Assembly (NCBI RefSeq): GCF_018977255.1
Contig: NW_024704746.1
Coordinates: forward strand, 33,666,001 to 33,730,000
Source: Callorhinchus milii
Lineage: Eukaryota
Direction: 5' to 3'
Length of the DNA: 64,000 bases
Part shown: piece after piece, positions 35,042-49,015 of the stretch
How the letters are laid out: each line of letters begins with the position of its first letter
How positions within the stretch are numbered: the first letter of the stretch is position 1
The notes under the pieces: model-generated
Told to the model about the DNA's origin: nothing
Database searches by the model: none
The model's input: only the letters and a program-made list of their open reading frames with translations
Position numbers and translations under genes: made by a program

Positions 35042-38000
35042 TTAGATGTTGGGTCGGACAAGCCGAAATGTTTCTGTTGGATCAGGAAGATACCACCTTT
35101 CCCATAATTCCATGTGTGCAGCAGGATAATCCCAGGGTTTAAATCGTCCATTCCAATGCAGCAGTTTTGCTTCAGAAAGGAATCGTTCTGAGTATCTTGT
35201 ATCAGGACTCCACCCTACAAAACATGATGGAAACTTATTATTCAAAAAATATATATATTTAAATATTCTGTAACTGCAATTAAAGGATTCCAAATACCAG
35301 TATATCCTGAATTTAATAAAATCGCTAATCTCTAATGCTAATTAATATTAATCCTTAACATATTAAAAACAAAGTTATCTTTTGTTCAGAGTCTTTACTA
35401 AAATTTAAATGCTGCTGGGGCAGGTGACAACCACATAATATTTGATATAAATCCATAGTAATTGTCCAATGTAACGCATATATTACAAGCATTTTTTGTC
35501 AGATCTCAATTATTTTTATTCTAATCTCAAAGTAGATATATGCTAAAAACTGATTTGTTTCTCTTAAATTGATATATAATGTTTAAGATCAGTGGTTAAA
35601 GCAATTGCCTCGCCATCGAGAAACCTGGGTTCAATTCCCGGCAGGACGAAATGTGGGGCAAGTCTCCTTAATCCACAAGCCTCTGTTTACCTACCAGTAA
35701 TTAGGAACCCAGCTGTTAGTCAATTGGCGGATCACTTTTCCGGGGATAATAATCCCTCAAAAAACTAATAATTTGGTTAATCAATCCGTGACTGTTTGTG
35801 GAACACTGCTGTGCGCAATTGGCTGCTGTGTTTTGCCCACAAATATATAGTCAATTCATTTTACAGTATATTCCGTGAAACGCTTTCAGACATCTAGAAG
35901 ATGTGAAAAGTGCTATATCAAATGCAAGGATTATTATAAATTCAAACTGGTTAAACGATTGCTGGTTGTATTGCCATGCACATAGTTCTTCCTCTCTAGT
36001 GTATTTTAATTCTGACCTAGCAAAATGTTAAATCCTGTTGAATTGCATTCATCATAAATACCCAGTGAAATGCAAAGGATTCAAGACCTAATTTCCTGCA
36101 CTTGTTTCAAATGCAGTACAAAGTGCACATTCTATACTTCATTAATGCAGTTGTTAATGTGTATGTGGTGACTGGTCAAGAACTTGTTTCCTGTGTTTGT
36201 TTCAAGTGTCGCTAACATCATTTCCTGGGCTCTGCAGGAAACATGGCAATAGCACAGCAACTCACAGGAAGCAACAGCATTGGTGACCTGATAACCTGGA
36301 GGTTGGCCATTTTACACATTCAATTAAACGCTGCCTCTGAGTTACTGACCACAATAGTTATAAAAATGATAACTAGGCAGTTCCTGTCAGCTTTTGACTG
36401 CTTCCTATGATGATATTTCAGAAATGTTCCTTAGATTACAGAGACGCATTATTTTAAAACCATAGCTGCAGAAAAAATTAAAATATGTGACATATAATTT
36501 TAGTCCAACCACTCAAGCTATATATGTAAACTTGCATAACTCACATCAGTTGGGACCATAATGTTTAATATGAGTTACGGGCAAACTCACATAAGTTGTT
36601 TCGGCCGACTTAATACGACTTACCAAGTTAAGTTTGTCTTTTGTAACATGATGATAGATCAAGACCTTGTTACCCGTGGTGAAGGTGATCCTTGTGAAAT
36701 TACATCAAATAACTGGTGTAACAGTAAGGATTTTGACCCTTTTCATTAGTAATCAGCAAATCATATTTGCCCATTTATCATTTACTTTATACATGTATTT
36801 GATCTATAAACTAGCTGAACAAAGCTGGAAATGTGCTCTTACCAAGGTGTCTAATATGCCATAAAGGGTTCAAAGAGGAGTGTTTCCTATGAAACACTAC
36901 TAACATAGGGGGCGTGACCACACCTCCAGCCAATGCACTGTTGTACAGGTTCTCCCTGTGAAAGAAAGAGAAGCCCTAAATGAGATTCTAGACGTAACAG
37001 TCTTACATTTTTAATATAAGTTTTCGATTGGGAAGGTTTCCTCCAACCACTTTATTTAATGATAATAGTTTGGTCGCTCAATCCACGAGTCTTTGTAGGA
37101 CACTGCCGTGCGCAACTGTTGCCTCATTTCGCCCACAAAATACAGTCGATTCACTTTATAGTATATACTGCGAAGCGCTTTGAGATGTCACAATGACCTG
37201 ATGAGACACTATATCAAATGTAAGGATTATTATTTATTATTATTTTATGTTTTAATGGCCTAAAAATGTGACTATTTAACTCCCAATAAATATGTTAGTG
37301 CAACAAAATGAAAACCAATACCAACAGAATAAATAGAATGCCACCCTTTCTGACTGGACTCTCAGATCTCCTAAGCATTGTGGCAGAGGCTTCATTTTGT
37401 TCTTTGTGCACAACAATTTATTGTGGCCCTGGTTAAAAATTAGTTTAATGTTAAAGTATATAGAAAGCACATGTGAAAACAGTACGCTGTGATTTGTGGC
37501 CGGTGAAAAGACTGCTGCAACCTTTCATTTCAAATGTGAGGGCACAGATAAAAAGCAGAAGGGTCAATTCAAAGTCTAACTTTCGGATTAAGAAAGCGAA
37601 TCATAAATGATGAAAGGAGATGTCACTGACACATCTCCCATGTGAGTGTGTTTAAATCCTAACAAGCAAAGGTCATAAGAAAATCAAAATAGTCCAGGCT
37701 ATTTCACTGCTAGAGAGTTGGTTAATAATCAGCGAAACATTACCGTCAGTTCCTGAAAGGGATCTGAGTTTTGACAGTGAACAACTACAACAACAAAATT
37801 ACATTAAGATCTTAAGCTTTGGATATAGAAAATTAATATGTTCTTGACACAGTAGGTCTATCTTCTGAGCTACTGACCACACATCTCTGAAGATCTCTTT
37901 GCATCTTTGCCCATCAGAGGCAATGTTGAATAAATATATACATGGTCTATTGATAATAACTTCAAGTTTATGACAATTGACTTACTCTACGTTTAATAGC

Positions 38001-41000
38001 AGCCATTTTTCCAACTGCTTAGTAATGCGTTGTCGTTTCCATTCAGTCACATTTGCAACAAACACACCAACATTAAAGGAGCACGTGGTAGGATTTATCC
38101 CCAAATCTCTGACTGTTGCCCTTCTGTAGTCCTCATTTCGCCCACAAAATACAGTCGATTCACTTTATAGTATATACTGCGAAGCGCTTTGAGATGTCAC
38201 AATGACCTGATGAGACACTATATCAAATGTAAGGATTATTATTTATTATTATTTTATGTTTTAATGGCCTAAAAATGTGACTATTTAACTCCCAATAAAT
38301 ATGTTAGTGCAACAAAATGAAAACCAATACCAACAGAATAAATAGAATGCCACCCTTTCTGACTGGACTCTCAGATCTCCTAAGCATTGTGGCAGAGGCT
38401 TCATTTTGTTCTTTGTGCACAACAATTTATTGTGGCCCTGGTTAAAAATTAGTTTAATGTTAAAGTATATAGAAAGCACATGTGAAAACAGTACGCTGTG
38501 ATTTGTGGCCGGTGAAAAGACTGCTGCAACCTTTCATTTCAAATGTGAGGGCACAGATAAAAAGCAGAAGGGTCAATTCAAAGTCTAACTTTCGGATTAA
38601 GAAAGCGAATCATAAATGATGAAAGGAGATGTCACTGACACAGGTTTGAAATAACCATAAGAATTGCATTGACAGCAACATTCCATGTATTAGTGAACTC
38701 TGTCATCCTCTTTCTGGACAGAGTAGATTGGAGCATTATCTGAAAAGTGTAACATTCAGGTAAGGAGAAAGATGACTTTCTGTATCCCGAAAACATGAAA
38801 AAATGCACTCGCGTACTATCTCCAGCTTTAAACAAGAACCCATGACCTGCAGGCCGGTGTTTATGATTATGTGGAAAATTTACTGAGCGCAGTTTCAACT
38901 GTAAATGCATGATCTCCCATGTGAGTGTGTTTAAATCCTAACAAGCAAAGGTCATAAGAAAATCAAAATAGTCCAGGCTATTTCACTGCTAGAGAGTTGG
39001 TTAATAATCAGCGAAACATTACCGTCAGTTCCTGAAAGGGATCTGAGTTTTGACAGTGAACAACTACAACAACAAAATTACATTAAGATCTTAAGCTTTG
39101 GATATAGAAAATTAATATGTTCTTGACACAGTAGGTCTATCTTCTGAGCTACTGACCACACATCTCTGAAGATCTCTTTGCATCTTTGCCCATCAGAGGC
39201 AATGTTGAATAAATATATACATGGTCTATTGATAATAACTTCAAGTTTATGACAATTGACTTACTCTACGTTTAATAGCAGCCATTTTTCCAACTGCTTA
39301 GTAATGCGTTGTCGTTTCCATTCAGTCACATTTGCAACAAACACACCAACATTAAAGGAGCACGTGGTAGGATTTATCCCCAAATCTCTGACTGTTGCCC
39401 TTCTGTAGTCCAGATGTCCCATATACGTGTTCTGGAAGGAGAATATTTTGATTTGTAGTTAGATTATCTCTACAATTGATGTGTCATAAACACTTGTACT
39501 TTTACGTACATAAGGCATGCAGGCTACAGGAAGTAAGTTTGTAAATAAAAGTACATTTTAAGTATGGGTGCATGCTTTACTATCAAACATACCAATTTAA
39601 TTTTAGATTACAAGCATCACCTGCATTCCCATACTCCTAACCATCTCGTGGGTAGAGGTCATATCACAATCCATTGAGAAGGCAGCAGCGTGGCCTGGGT
39701 GTAGGATGGACTCATACAAATCCTGGACATCACCTGTTAAATGCAATACCTCTATTCAAATAGCAGGACTATACTAACTGAGGAACAGTATTAGTGTTTC
39801 ATGGGGTGGTTGGGGGGGCATCAAATTTCGATTATTTCTTTACATGATTCCTTAAGGAATCCAAGTCATGTAAGTCATGAAAACTCCCAGTCATCTACCT
39901 TTGGGACGCTGGGTTCGTACGGGGCTCAAGTACAATGCCAGCATTTAGTCTGAAACACTTGTCAGCACAAAATGAAAATTCATGTACCTTGTATAATAAC
40001 ATCGTCATCCAAGTATATCACTTTTTCATGATTATGAATAAGAAGTGGAATAAAATATCGGACAAAGTTTAGCTGAAACAGAAAAGGATTTGGTGAAGAC
40101 ACAATACTTCAAGGAAATGGGGAGGCACTTCTGTGTTCAAATAGATTGATTCTGATAAACTTACATCTCCTTCGCTAAAAAGCATTCTGTAATCAATCTA
40201 AACAGAAAATATTCAACAAAATATATTTTTTCTTAAGAGATTACATTCTAGAATTTGCTGTTTTCCTGAGTTTAACTAAAATTCTTTAGAATATAATGTA
40301 GATAGGTTTGACTGTAAGTCTTAAGACTAATATGTAGCTAGGTCTGATTATATGTCTAGACTAAAATGAAGCTAGTTTTCACTGTATGTCTAAAGACAAT
40401 AATGTAACAAGTTGTTGATAATGCTTCTGTAGAATATAAAGTACCAGCATGTGCAAAGCATTCAAAAATGGGAGTATTTGGAGGATCAATCAAGCATTTC
40501 ATACAATGGTAGTCAATAAGATAGTGAATTGGAAATGTAAGATCAGATTTATCTGTCATTAATTGACAGAGAACAAATAAAATATGCGAAGAACCATTTT
40601 TTAATAAACTATGATATAATAGATACAAGCCACAACTAATACACACCGGCTGCAGTAACTCTGGTCTGGCAGAGTCAGGTCTGATCTTCCCTTTCAGTAC
40701 AGCAGGATTGAATTCCAGTATTTTGTACTGGATATGTTTCAGTTTGGTATTTTCAATCCATTTTCTAAGACAAAAAGCAACACAGATGGGAATCACCCAC
40801 ATATGGTTAATGGTATTTTGTCCTGCAAACAAGTTATGAGCAGAGGTGACATGTCTCACTGCTTTAGAGTTGTTCATGCAATCTCACTGAAACATTCTAA
40901 AGGGTAAGAGTTTCTTTCAAATTCATTAGTTATGCACAATATTTGGAAGGGCATATAGTTTTTTTAAAACATATATATAAATTGATTACAGATGAAACGA

Positions 41001-44000
41001 AAGAACACTTAGAAGGGAGTAATTTCTCTTTGGGGAGGACAAGTTTGCAGGCTATGGGGAGAGCGCGGGGGAGTGGAATTGATTTGGATAGCTATTTTAA
41101 AAGTGCTGACACAGTCACAATGGGCCGAACGACCTCCTTTTGTGCTGTATAATTCTATGATTCTATGAACATTGCCCCAGTTATATTGGAAATAAACATT
41201 CCCATAATGTCAACAAAGAAATGGATATGAAAAGTGCATCACCTGATATGAAGAAGAGAGTCACTAAGTGCGATTATATAGAAAAATATCCTGGCATTAG
41301 TGTTGCTGTAGATGCTGTTGATTGTAGCTATAGTACCTCCCATTCGCTCTTCTGCAGCACATATTATAATAGGAATAAGATCTTCTGAAGAAGACTTCCT
41401 CTGTTTGAATGTATGGATTGGGTTATGGACAGCTGGAGAGTTATCTGCGCCAAAAGCATAGAATCAGTTTCATTAAATGCAATGAGGAATAAAGATTCAT
41501 TTCAGAATTATTATCCATCAAGTTATAACCATATACTAAATATTATGCCACTTTTTGTAAATTGATTTTTGCCCTTTATTTTAGGTCTGTGACACTCAGC
41601 AATCTCCAGACTGAGAAAGATAAAAGGAATTCTGTATACGGAATGCAAGCCCACATCACTCCAATCTATGAGAAAGTCCAAATTTGGGTCACTCTGCCTC
41701 TTGGCTATTCTTCTTCCAGTTATACATACAAAGTAAATATCTTCAAATGGGCACTGAAAATGATTTAGGAAGAGTTACCAGGGATATGCTGTGATTTAGA
41801 GCTTTACGTGGTGAATATTCACTGAACCAATTGTTGAAATATACCAACTACAACCTCAGGAAACCTTGGGTATATTTCAAATAGCAACTAAATGTTCCGC
41901 AAGGTTTGATAGTTAAATGGTTAAAAGTAGCTTTGCTGGACAGGCTGAGATTATAATAATAATAATCCTTGCATTTGATATAGCGCTTTTCACGTCTTCT
42001 AGACTTCTGATTAACATTTCATATTTTCCTGGGAAGATGTTCACTCCTCTGAGATAATGAGCAATCGGGTCCTTGAGCATAGATGTAAGAACAATGGACC
42101 TCAGAAAGAAAAGGCTACAGCCTCAGACACCTGCCATCTCGAGGCTGAGAAACTAGCAGGTTGTGGAAGGCTGCCCAGAAGCTGTCCATATCTCTCTCTC
42201 TGTGCAAAGCAGCCTGCGAAGGGTGGGGGCTATCTCTGTGACAAGGGGAGGTGGAGTTAGAAACACATAAAAGAAAGATGTAACTTTGAAATAGTTGAAG
42301 TTGTGTAGACGGTCAGTGCACTTCCCAGTGGAATCAATATCGATTCTACTGTATCTATGTTTATGTACAGGGGTGAGGGAATTTACCTCCAGTAAGAAAG
42401 CGACCACTAAAAATGAAAGAGAAGGAATAGTGGGTAGTATGTTTTCAGTTCTGTTTGCTAGGCAGAGAAGTAATAACAGTAGTAGTGGTTGGTCCGTTTG
42501 AAACACAGAAGTCAGGTTAGGCAGCACGAGTGAGGTGCTGGGCTAAGAGCTGATTGTTTCTGTTGAGTTTACAGGAGCCACTCTCTGTGATTCTGTGTGA
42601 TAGTTCTGTGATTAAGTATTGTTTTTATAGGTTCGGTTGTGTCCGAGGGTTTACCGGATGCCAGTCCCTATTACAGTTTGTATTATAGAATCAGTTGTCC
42701 CTGAGGGATTTCCAGGAGCTGATCTCTGCTGTGTACGTTGAGGTGCGTTCTCGGGCTTATTGTTTGGTCTGGAGTACTGAGCAATTCCTGAGTGCATGCT
42801 GTTGTTTCTCAATTATTTGATTTGTATATCTGTGTCGTTGTATGGTGCGGACTATTGTGTTTTTTTATGGTTATAACAACAACTTGGATTTATATAGTGC
42901 CCTCCACGCCGGACGGCGTCTCAGAGCGCTTTACAGTAACGGATCCCGGGACTAAGCCAGGGGGAGGGGGGGGGAAGGTGACCAAAGGAGCAGTCGAAAA
43001 GAAAGGTCTTCAGAAGAGACCTGAAAATGGGAAGGGAAGGGGCGAGGCGAAAGGAGTGAGGAAGGCAGGTCCAGAGCCTCGGGGCATAGTGGCTGAAGGC
43101 ACGGCCGCCGAGGGTGGAGCGGAAGACTCGGGGGACGAGGAGGAGTCCAGATCCGGAGGAACGAAGGCAACGGGTCCTGTTTTGAGGAGAGAGGAGGTCA
43201 GAGAGGTAGGGGAGTGCAGAGGTGTGCAGGGACTTGAATACAAGGGTGAGGATCTTGAAATCGATCCTCTCTGGGATAGGCAGCCAGTGCAAGTATCAAA
43301 AGCCTATTGTAAACAAATTTGTTTTTATATGATTTGAATACAGATTGTTGAACTTTACAGTTTGTTTTATATATATATTTGATATTAGTGGAATAAACAC
43401 TATACTCTTACCACTGCCTGTCGAATTATTAACACTATTTGCATTAAATCAATGTTTAACTGGAAACTTTATCCAGGTCTTTAAAAAGCTAAGAATAGAT
43501 AATGATATAAGCAGGTATTTAAAGTGGAATGTGAGTGCAGAACTGTCTCTTAATTCCTCATTTATAAATGAGTAGGAAGATGGTACAGAAAAAAATATTT
43601 TTCTTTTCTCAGAGTTAAATATTTGGAACAAAAGAGGTTAATGTTTTACCAATTGATTTTCTCAAAACATGGCAGGGCAAATATCTGCTTTAGAACTTCT
43701 CCTCGTGCAGTTCTAACCATTTGGAGCATATTGCTGGATAATATAGCATATTTCTGCATAAAAATGTTAACATTGTATTTCATCAAAACATAACAGGGCA
43801 ATTATCTGTTTAAGAATAGGACTGTCAGTTCTAAGGACCAAATTTGTGCTTCATGATCAAATTATATTCATAGATTCGCTACCCAAGTGTTCAATAATGT
43901 TGGATTGGAATCGATTTGAAATACTTTCTTTCTTGAAACATTCTCAGAATGAAATCCCTATCCCTTAAAAATATCAACGCATAAAATAATTTAATTGTGA

Positions 44001-44183
44001 ACTTAAGTTTGATAGGCCAAATGGCCTACTCTTATTTTACAGTTTACAATGATTTTATTGAATGACAGAGGTATTGAAAACACTTACCTGACTGTACTGT
44101 CTGATGTGATGACAAGTTGTGAAATTTGTTATATAGAACCACACAAAATGTCACAATGACTAGTAAAAGCAGGCCTTGGTTAA
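35042..44183 (-). CDS. GLT8D2: Glycosyltransferase 8 domain-containing protein 2 (first coding micro-exon not located)
   Basis: Exons 44183-44088 (signal anchor NQGLLLLVIVTFCVVLY), 41444-41243, 40764-40647, 40072-39988 (LNFVR...VIYLDDDVIIQ, DxD motif), 39733-39621, 39431-39265, 36955-36843, 35214-35042 (AKLLHWNGRFKPW...*). Phases are consistent and junctions are GT-AG. Confidence 0.95.
35590..35940 (+). mobile_element. tRNA-derived SINE, near full length
   Basis: tRNA-like head with B box ggttcaattcccg, then body, L2-type tail and (att)n. Confidence 0.8.
37122..39410. repeat. Near-identical tandem duplication (~1.0 kb unit; second copy has an extra ~270 bp)
   Basis: 37122-38130 is repeated at 38131-39409; identical ORFs at 37276-37470 and 38285-38479; the offset changes from 1009 to 1279 after ~38641-38911. 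Confidence 0.92.
42870..43290 (-). mobile_element. L2 LINE 3' end, little diverged
   Basis: ORF 42921-43292: LHWLPIPERIDFKILTLVFKSLH...GGRAFSHYAPRLW...FRSLLKTFLF. Confidence 0.9.
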
Positions 44184-47100
44184 CTAGACAATATAAAAAC
44201 ACAAAATGAATCAACACATAGCAATGTTCTTCCACTTTGACAAATGAAATTCTAAAATGATGTTCAGAACCTCACAAATATAAAAAACCTATTGTAAACA
44301 CATTTGTTTTTCAAATCAAATATTTTTCATTATTAAACAAACTAGAAAAGTTTTGTGTTTTTTCCCCACAGTGAATTTTCTCCCCTCTCATCCCTTTCTT
44401 TCCAGTCACCCTTCAATAACAAGTGGCTATTCTTCACTTGCATTTTCTTTCAATTTAATATTTTAACGCTAGGATAATATGGAATATCAAACTGTTTCAA
44501 ATTCAACCCATTTATAGTTTCCACTCAATTCACTTTAGAAGCTGTGTATTTCATTTATCTTTGCCTTACCCCACAAAGACCGTTTTTACTCTCTTCCACC
44601 ATAGGATAGTTTATATACAATACTCATACACACAATACTGCTTCATTCATTACTTACTTCTTCTAATAATTGACATTTTAGTTTCCTTTCACAATGGTGT
44701 GATCTGCAGGATATTAAGGCAGAGAAATATTTTAAGTAGTGCAGCTTATGTAACTGGGTGAAAAGCATTAGTTCAATAAAGTTTAATTGCAGCCTAACAC
44801 AAATTGCATTTGCTTGCAGCAGAGTGTATTGCAATCTTGGTAGTCCGAGATTGAAATGTTTTCAATACCAGTCAAACATTGCTTTCTGGCAAGCTATGCA
44901 TTTTTAATGAGTAAATGTTTTGTACTCAAAGCACATTTTCATGTTCTGGCAATATGATTATACCAAAAGTATTGAAAAGAATGTTTTAATAATATTGTTA
45001 GGATAGTGTTATTTCGTCAGCTATGTGTCTGACACACGAGGAAACCCATTACCATGCTTAAGAGTATCCTAAACAGACCTGAGAGTTCCAAGCATGCCAC
45101 CTACACATGGATGTTGCCTTGTCTCGAATGGAATGGGATCTCTCTCCCCTGGAGGGATACACCCAGCTTACTCACCTTACCAGAGGTACTTAGGCACATA
45201 TTGATAAGAGCCAAGGTTTGGGGATACCAGAGTGAACGTAGGGATACTGCTGGAATTTATCCAACTAAAAATGCACAGCTTGCCAGAAAGCAATGTTTGG
45301 GAATCTTTGTGCTTCTTGTCCAGCAAGAAACACCATACCTGTCAGGGCATTGGCTTGCAGAGTTAACAAGAGCAGAATGGGAAGAATCCCTGCCCTCCTT
45401 CTATCCCTCCAAGTCCTGCTGATGAGCCAGGATGACTGGTCTGTCATCAGCGGCGCCCTGGAGGTCTGTGGACTCACCTGGCTCAGTAATCGGATTACAA
45501 CAAACAACAAATTACATTGCATTTGTATAGTGTCTTTCAAATCAGGAGGACGTCCCAAGGCGAAACCACCACAGGATTAATTTGAGTCCAATATTCCATT
45601 ACCAAGCATGTCACCTTGGAGCCAGTTCAGGTCCAGGAGACCCCACTTACCCCCACCTCCCGAATAACCAAAATCAAGTATCACACACCACTTGACATTG
45701 TTGATTTCTTTGGTAAAACATATCACTGTCTAGCTTTTTGCATGTAGCTAGTTCAGATACAGAGATCAGCACTGCTTGTTGACTTTGCTTTGTCAAAGTA
45801 TTCATCAAACAACCAGAAATCTGCCACTGCTCCCTCCCCCAGTGCGATTGATCCAGCTCTTTCTGAACTATTGGTGTGATATCTGCCCTCAGACCCTGGC
45901 CTCAACCAGTTATTAAGATCCATCCTATTATTTTTTTAACAGACAGAATCTTCAGTAAACACTGCTCATGAATAAACTTGTGAGTGAATATGCTGCACGC
46001 AGTGGCTTTTCAATTGAGTAGTGACAGCAATCATAGGGTTGATCTTGATCCCCACTGTGAGACTGGAATGCCCTCCTATTAAAGTGCCTAACAGATTGTT
46101 CTGTGTGCACCGAAGCTGTAACGAGAGGAAATGCCATTTAGAAACTTGGATGAACTTCCCTTGTGTCCTGGAGGTGACTGATGTGGGGTAGAATATTTGG
46201 CTGCTGACGTTAAGCAATGTATTGTGTCCAGTGACTTTACTTGAGCCTGTGTCTTGCTCAGCTCCACTCCCTGCTGGTGTCCCGGGCAGCCCAATGGTTC
46301 TGATCTCAAACTGAGTGTGTCAGCAAATAACTCGAGTGATAGATAGAGATAGACTAGATAGATAGGGTGGCGGAAGCCGGAATTCAAGGAGGTGACTGTA
46401 CGGGGAGGGAACTAAATAAACAATGCAAGTACAGGCTGAGCTTGTTTGCATTCAAGCAAAGATTATTACTATTATTCTACATTCCGTTTACAATCCTTTG
46501 TTAAATGCAGACATTGCGGATCGTGGGTTAAACCCCACCAAAGCGTTATTCCACGTACCTCTGTCAGCAAAGCACTGCTTTCCAGATCCGAGTTGCAGAG
46601 TGGTTGCCAGATTTATTTCTGTCTGGTCTCTGATCAGCCTCTGAAAATATCTGCGCAAATTGCGTTGGATGAACTGCTTTTTGGGGGGGAAGGGAGAGTG
46701 GGGGGGGGGGAGGAAAGAAGGGGGGGAAAAGAGTTGAGATGGGAGAGTCGGTCAGCACCACGAAACAGAACAGTAGTGTGTGTGTGTGTGTTTTTTTCCT
46801 CTTTTGCTTTGAGGAATGCTGGCCTCTTTACACGTGAGCAACCAGAGATCTTGTGTAAATGAGGACCAGATGTCTCCCAAGCGGTCTCCAATTCCAGATC
46901 CACATCTTGCTTTTGCATTTTTTCTTTCCTTTCCTTTCCAGCATTCTGCAAATGCTACTCGGGATGTTTCAGCCGTAGGCAGGGATCTCGCAAACACACC
47001 CATCATCTCAAACCTCTCACTCTGTCCCGTTGTTTCCAGCGCCTTGGGATGTCCTCCCGATGTGAAAGGCACTATACAAATGTAATCTTGTTGTTGTTGT

Positions 47101-47689
47101 TGTTTAACTGTCTGTAAATCCACCCTTGCATCTCACCCATCCTTTTTGGGGGGAGGTTCGAGGCATGTTTCTCAGGGTTTTTTTGTATGAATATTTATCT
47201 GTTTCCACACTGGATTGAGATTGATTGAAATACGCAGTGGCTTACTCGACTTATTTACTTAGGAAGAGATCCAAAAACCACCATGGCAATCTTAAACCGT
47301 GGGTTAACATGGTAAAGTATGAAACACAAGCTTTACCACATTGTTAAATGATAATTTTTTTTAATTCTTGGATTTTCAAAAAAAAATTCTCGATGTGTTT
47401 TGTGGTTTTCTTTGGAGGGCATGTAACTCAAACTTAGTTAACCAGTCACTTCCCAACATGTCAAACAGGCATGGCGTTGCCCAACTTTGCAGCCAAACCA
47501 AACATGTATGTTCTGTGCTTTCGGATTCTCAAATTGGTTTAATGTTCCTTAGAATGAATAAAGCTACAAGGGAGTCTCATTTACTGGGCTCTCTCTTCTG
47601 TACTGGAACCACACCCATTGCTACTGATAAACATCACCTAGAGGGCTTTTTCACACACTCTGTTCCTGATGGTTGGGCGAGGTCTTATA

Positions 47690-47985
47690 TAATAATAATA
47701 ATAATCCTTGCATTTGATATAGCGGTTTTCACGTCTTCTAGATGTCTCAAAGCGCTTCACAGATTAGAGTCTAAAGTGAATTGACTGTATATTTGTGGGC
47801 GAAACGCAACAGCCAATTGCGCACAGCAGTGTCCCACAAACAGTCATAGATTGAAGTGACCAATTTATTATAGTTTTTTCTTCAGGGATTATTATCAGGC
47901 GGTGGAGTAAGGAAACTTGCCCTGCCGGGAATTGAACCCAGGTCTCTCGTTTGCAAGGCGAGTGCTATAACCACTGAGCTACAAG
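47690..47985 (-). mobile_element. tRNA-derived SINE
   Basis: Reverse strand begins gtagctcagtggttatagcactcgcc...ctgggttcaattcccgg (A and B boxes) and ends in the L2-type tail and (att)n. Confidence 0.85.
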
Positions 47986-48072
47986 ATACCAAGGACTACA
48001 GTATTATTGAAAGAGAAAATCCTAGGCGGTCTGACACTTTGCAGCACTATCTATCGCTAGATTACGAAAGTT

Positions 48073-48086
48073 GTTGCTATGGTAAC
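48073..48086. promoter_or_regulatory. RFX X-box-like palindrome GTTGCTATGGTAAC
   Basis: 14-bp consensus match upstream of the GLT8D2 coding exons. Confidence 0.45.
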
Positions 48087-48484
48087 ACTTGTTAAATCAA
48101 AGTCCCCTATTCAGAAAACCTGAAATTATTCCCAACTAAAAGGGGATTTTTTTTCTCATTTGTTTCTGGCATCGCTAGAGAGGCTGTCACATACTGTATA
48201 CAGTATCTAGGGGTGTTATTAACATTGGCGTCCCATTAAGAGATTCATATATCATCGGAAAGGTTGACATTCAATTAAAAGATTCAGATATCATCAGAAA
48301 CAGGTCAACTATAAACCACATGTGATCCTTGACTGATTTATTTGAACTTCAAGAGTTATGTTTTCGTGAGTTTTTATATTAGAATTTGCAATCTTTGGTT
48401 CATTTCTTCAGTTGCTGTTTGCTGCCAGGTTTATCACCATTTTTTGCCTTTGAGGATGCAAAGCTTGTTGGTGTAGTTTCACAT

Positions 48485-49015
48485 TCATAGGAATATAGGA
48501 ACAGGAGTAGGCCATTCAGCCCGTCATTTAATTAGATCATGGCTGATCTATATCCTTACTAGAGTTTCCAATCCAATTTCCCGCTTTCTCCCCATATCCC
48601 TTAATACCCCGACCTACCAAAAATCTGTCAATCTCTTTCTTGAAGGTGTGGATGAATCCAGTATCCACGACCTTTTGGGGGAGAGATTCCTACAAAATGC
48701 TTCCTAAATTCACTCTTAAATAGTCTGGTTCTGATTTTAAGACTTGTTTTGCATTCCCCCAACATAGGGTAGATGCAGAAAAGCTATTTCCTATCAAATC
48801 CCTTTATCATCCTAAAAACTTCTATGAAATCACCCCTCAATCTTCTAAACTTGAGCGAATACAATCCAAGTTTACACAGCGTTTCCTCATAACTTAACCC
48901 TTTTTGGCCTGGTAACATTCTAGTGAACCTGCGCTGCACGCCCTCCAAGGCCAATATATCTTTGCTGTGGTGTGGTCCCCAATACTGAATGCAGTACTCC
49001 AGGTGGGGTCTGACT
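48485..49015 (-). mobile_element. CR1 LINE 3' fragment
   Basis: ORF 48784-49050: VRPHLEYCIQYWGP...LEGVQRRFTRMLPG...LRGDFIEVFRMIKG. Confidence 0.9.

Noticed and set aside
37276-38479. Two identical 64-aa ORFs
   Set aside because: Intronic by-product of the tandem duplication, with no coding signature.
43297-44312. Short direct repeat (cctattgtaaaca.atttgttttt) about 1 kb apart
   Set aside because: Only ~30 bp of AT-rich sequence; too little to support an element or duplication.
44568-44602. Candidate GLT8D2 first coding exon (MVEESKNGLCG|gtaag on -)
   Set aside because: The donor is phase 0 but the next exon needs phase 1, and it does not resemble the expected N-terminus.
47920-47985. tRNA gene (also ~35590-35645)
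   Set aside because: The A/B-box sequence continues directly into a SINE body and tail; it is a SINE head.
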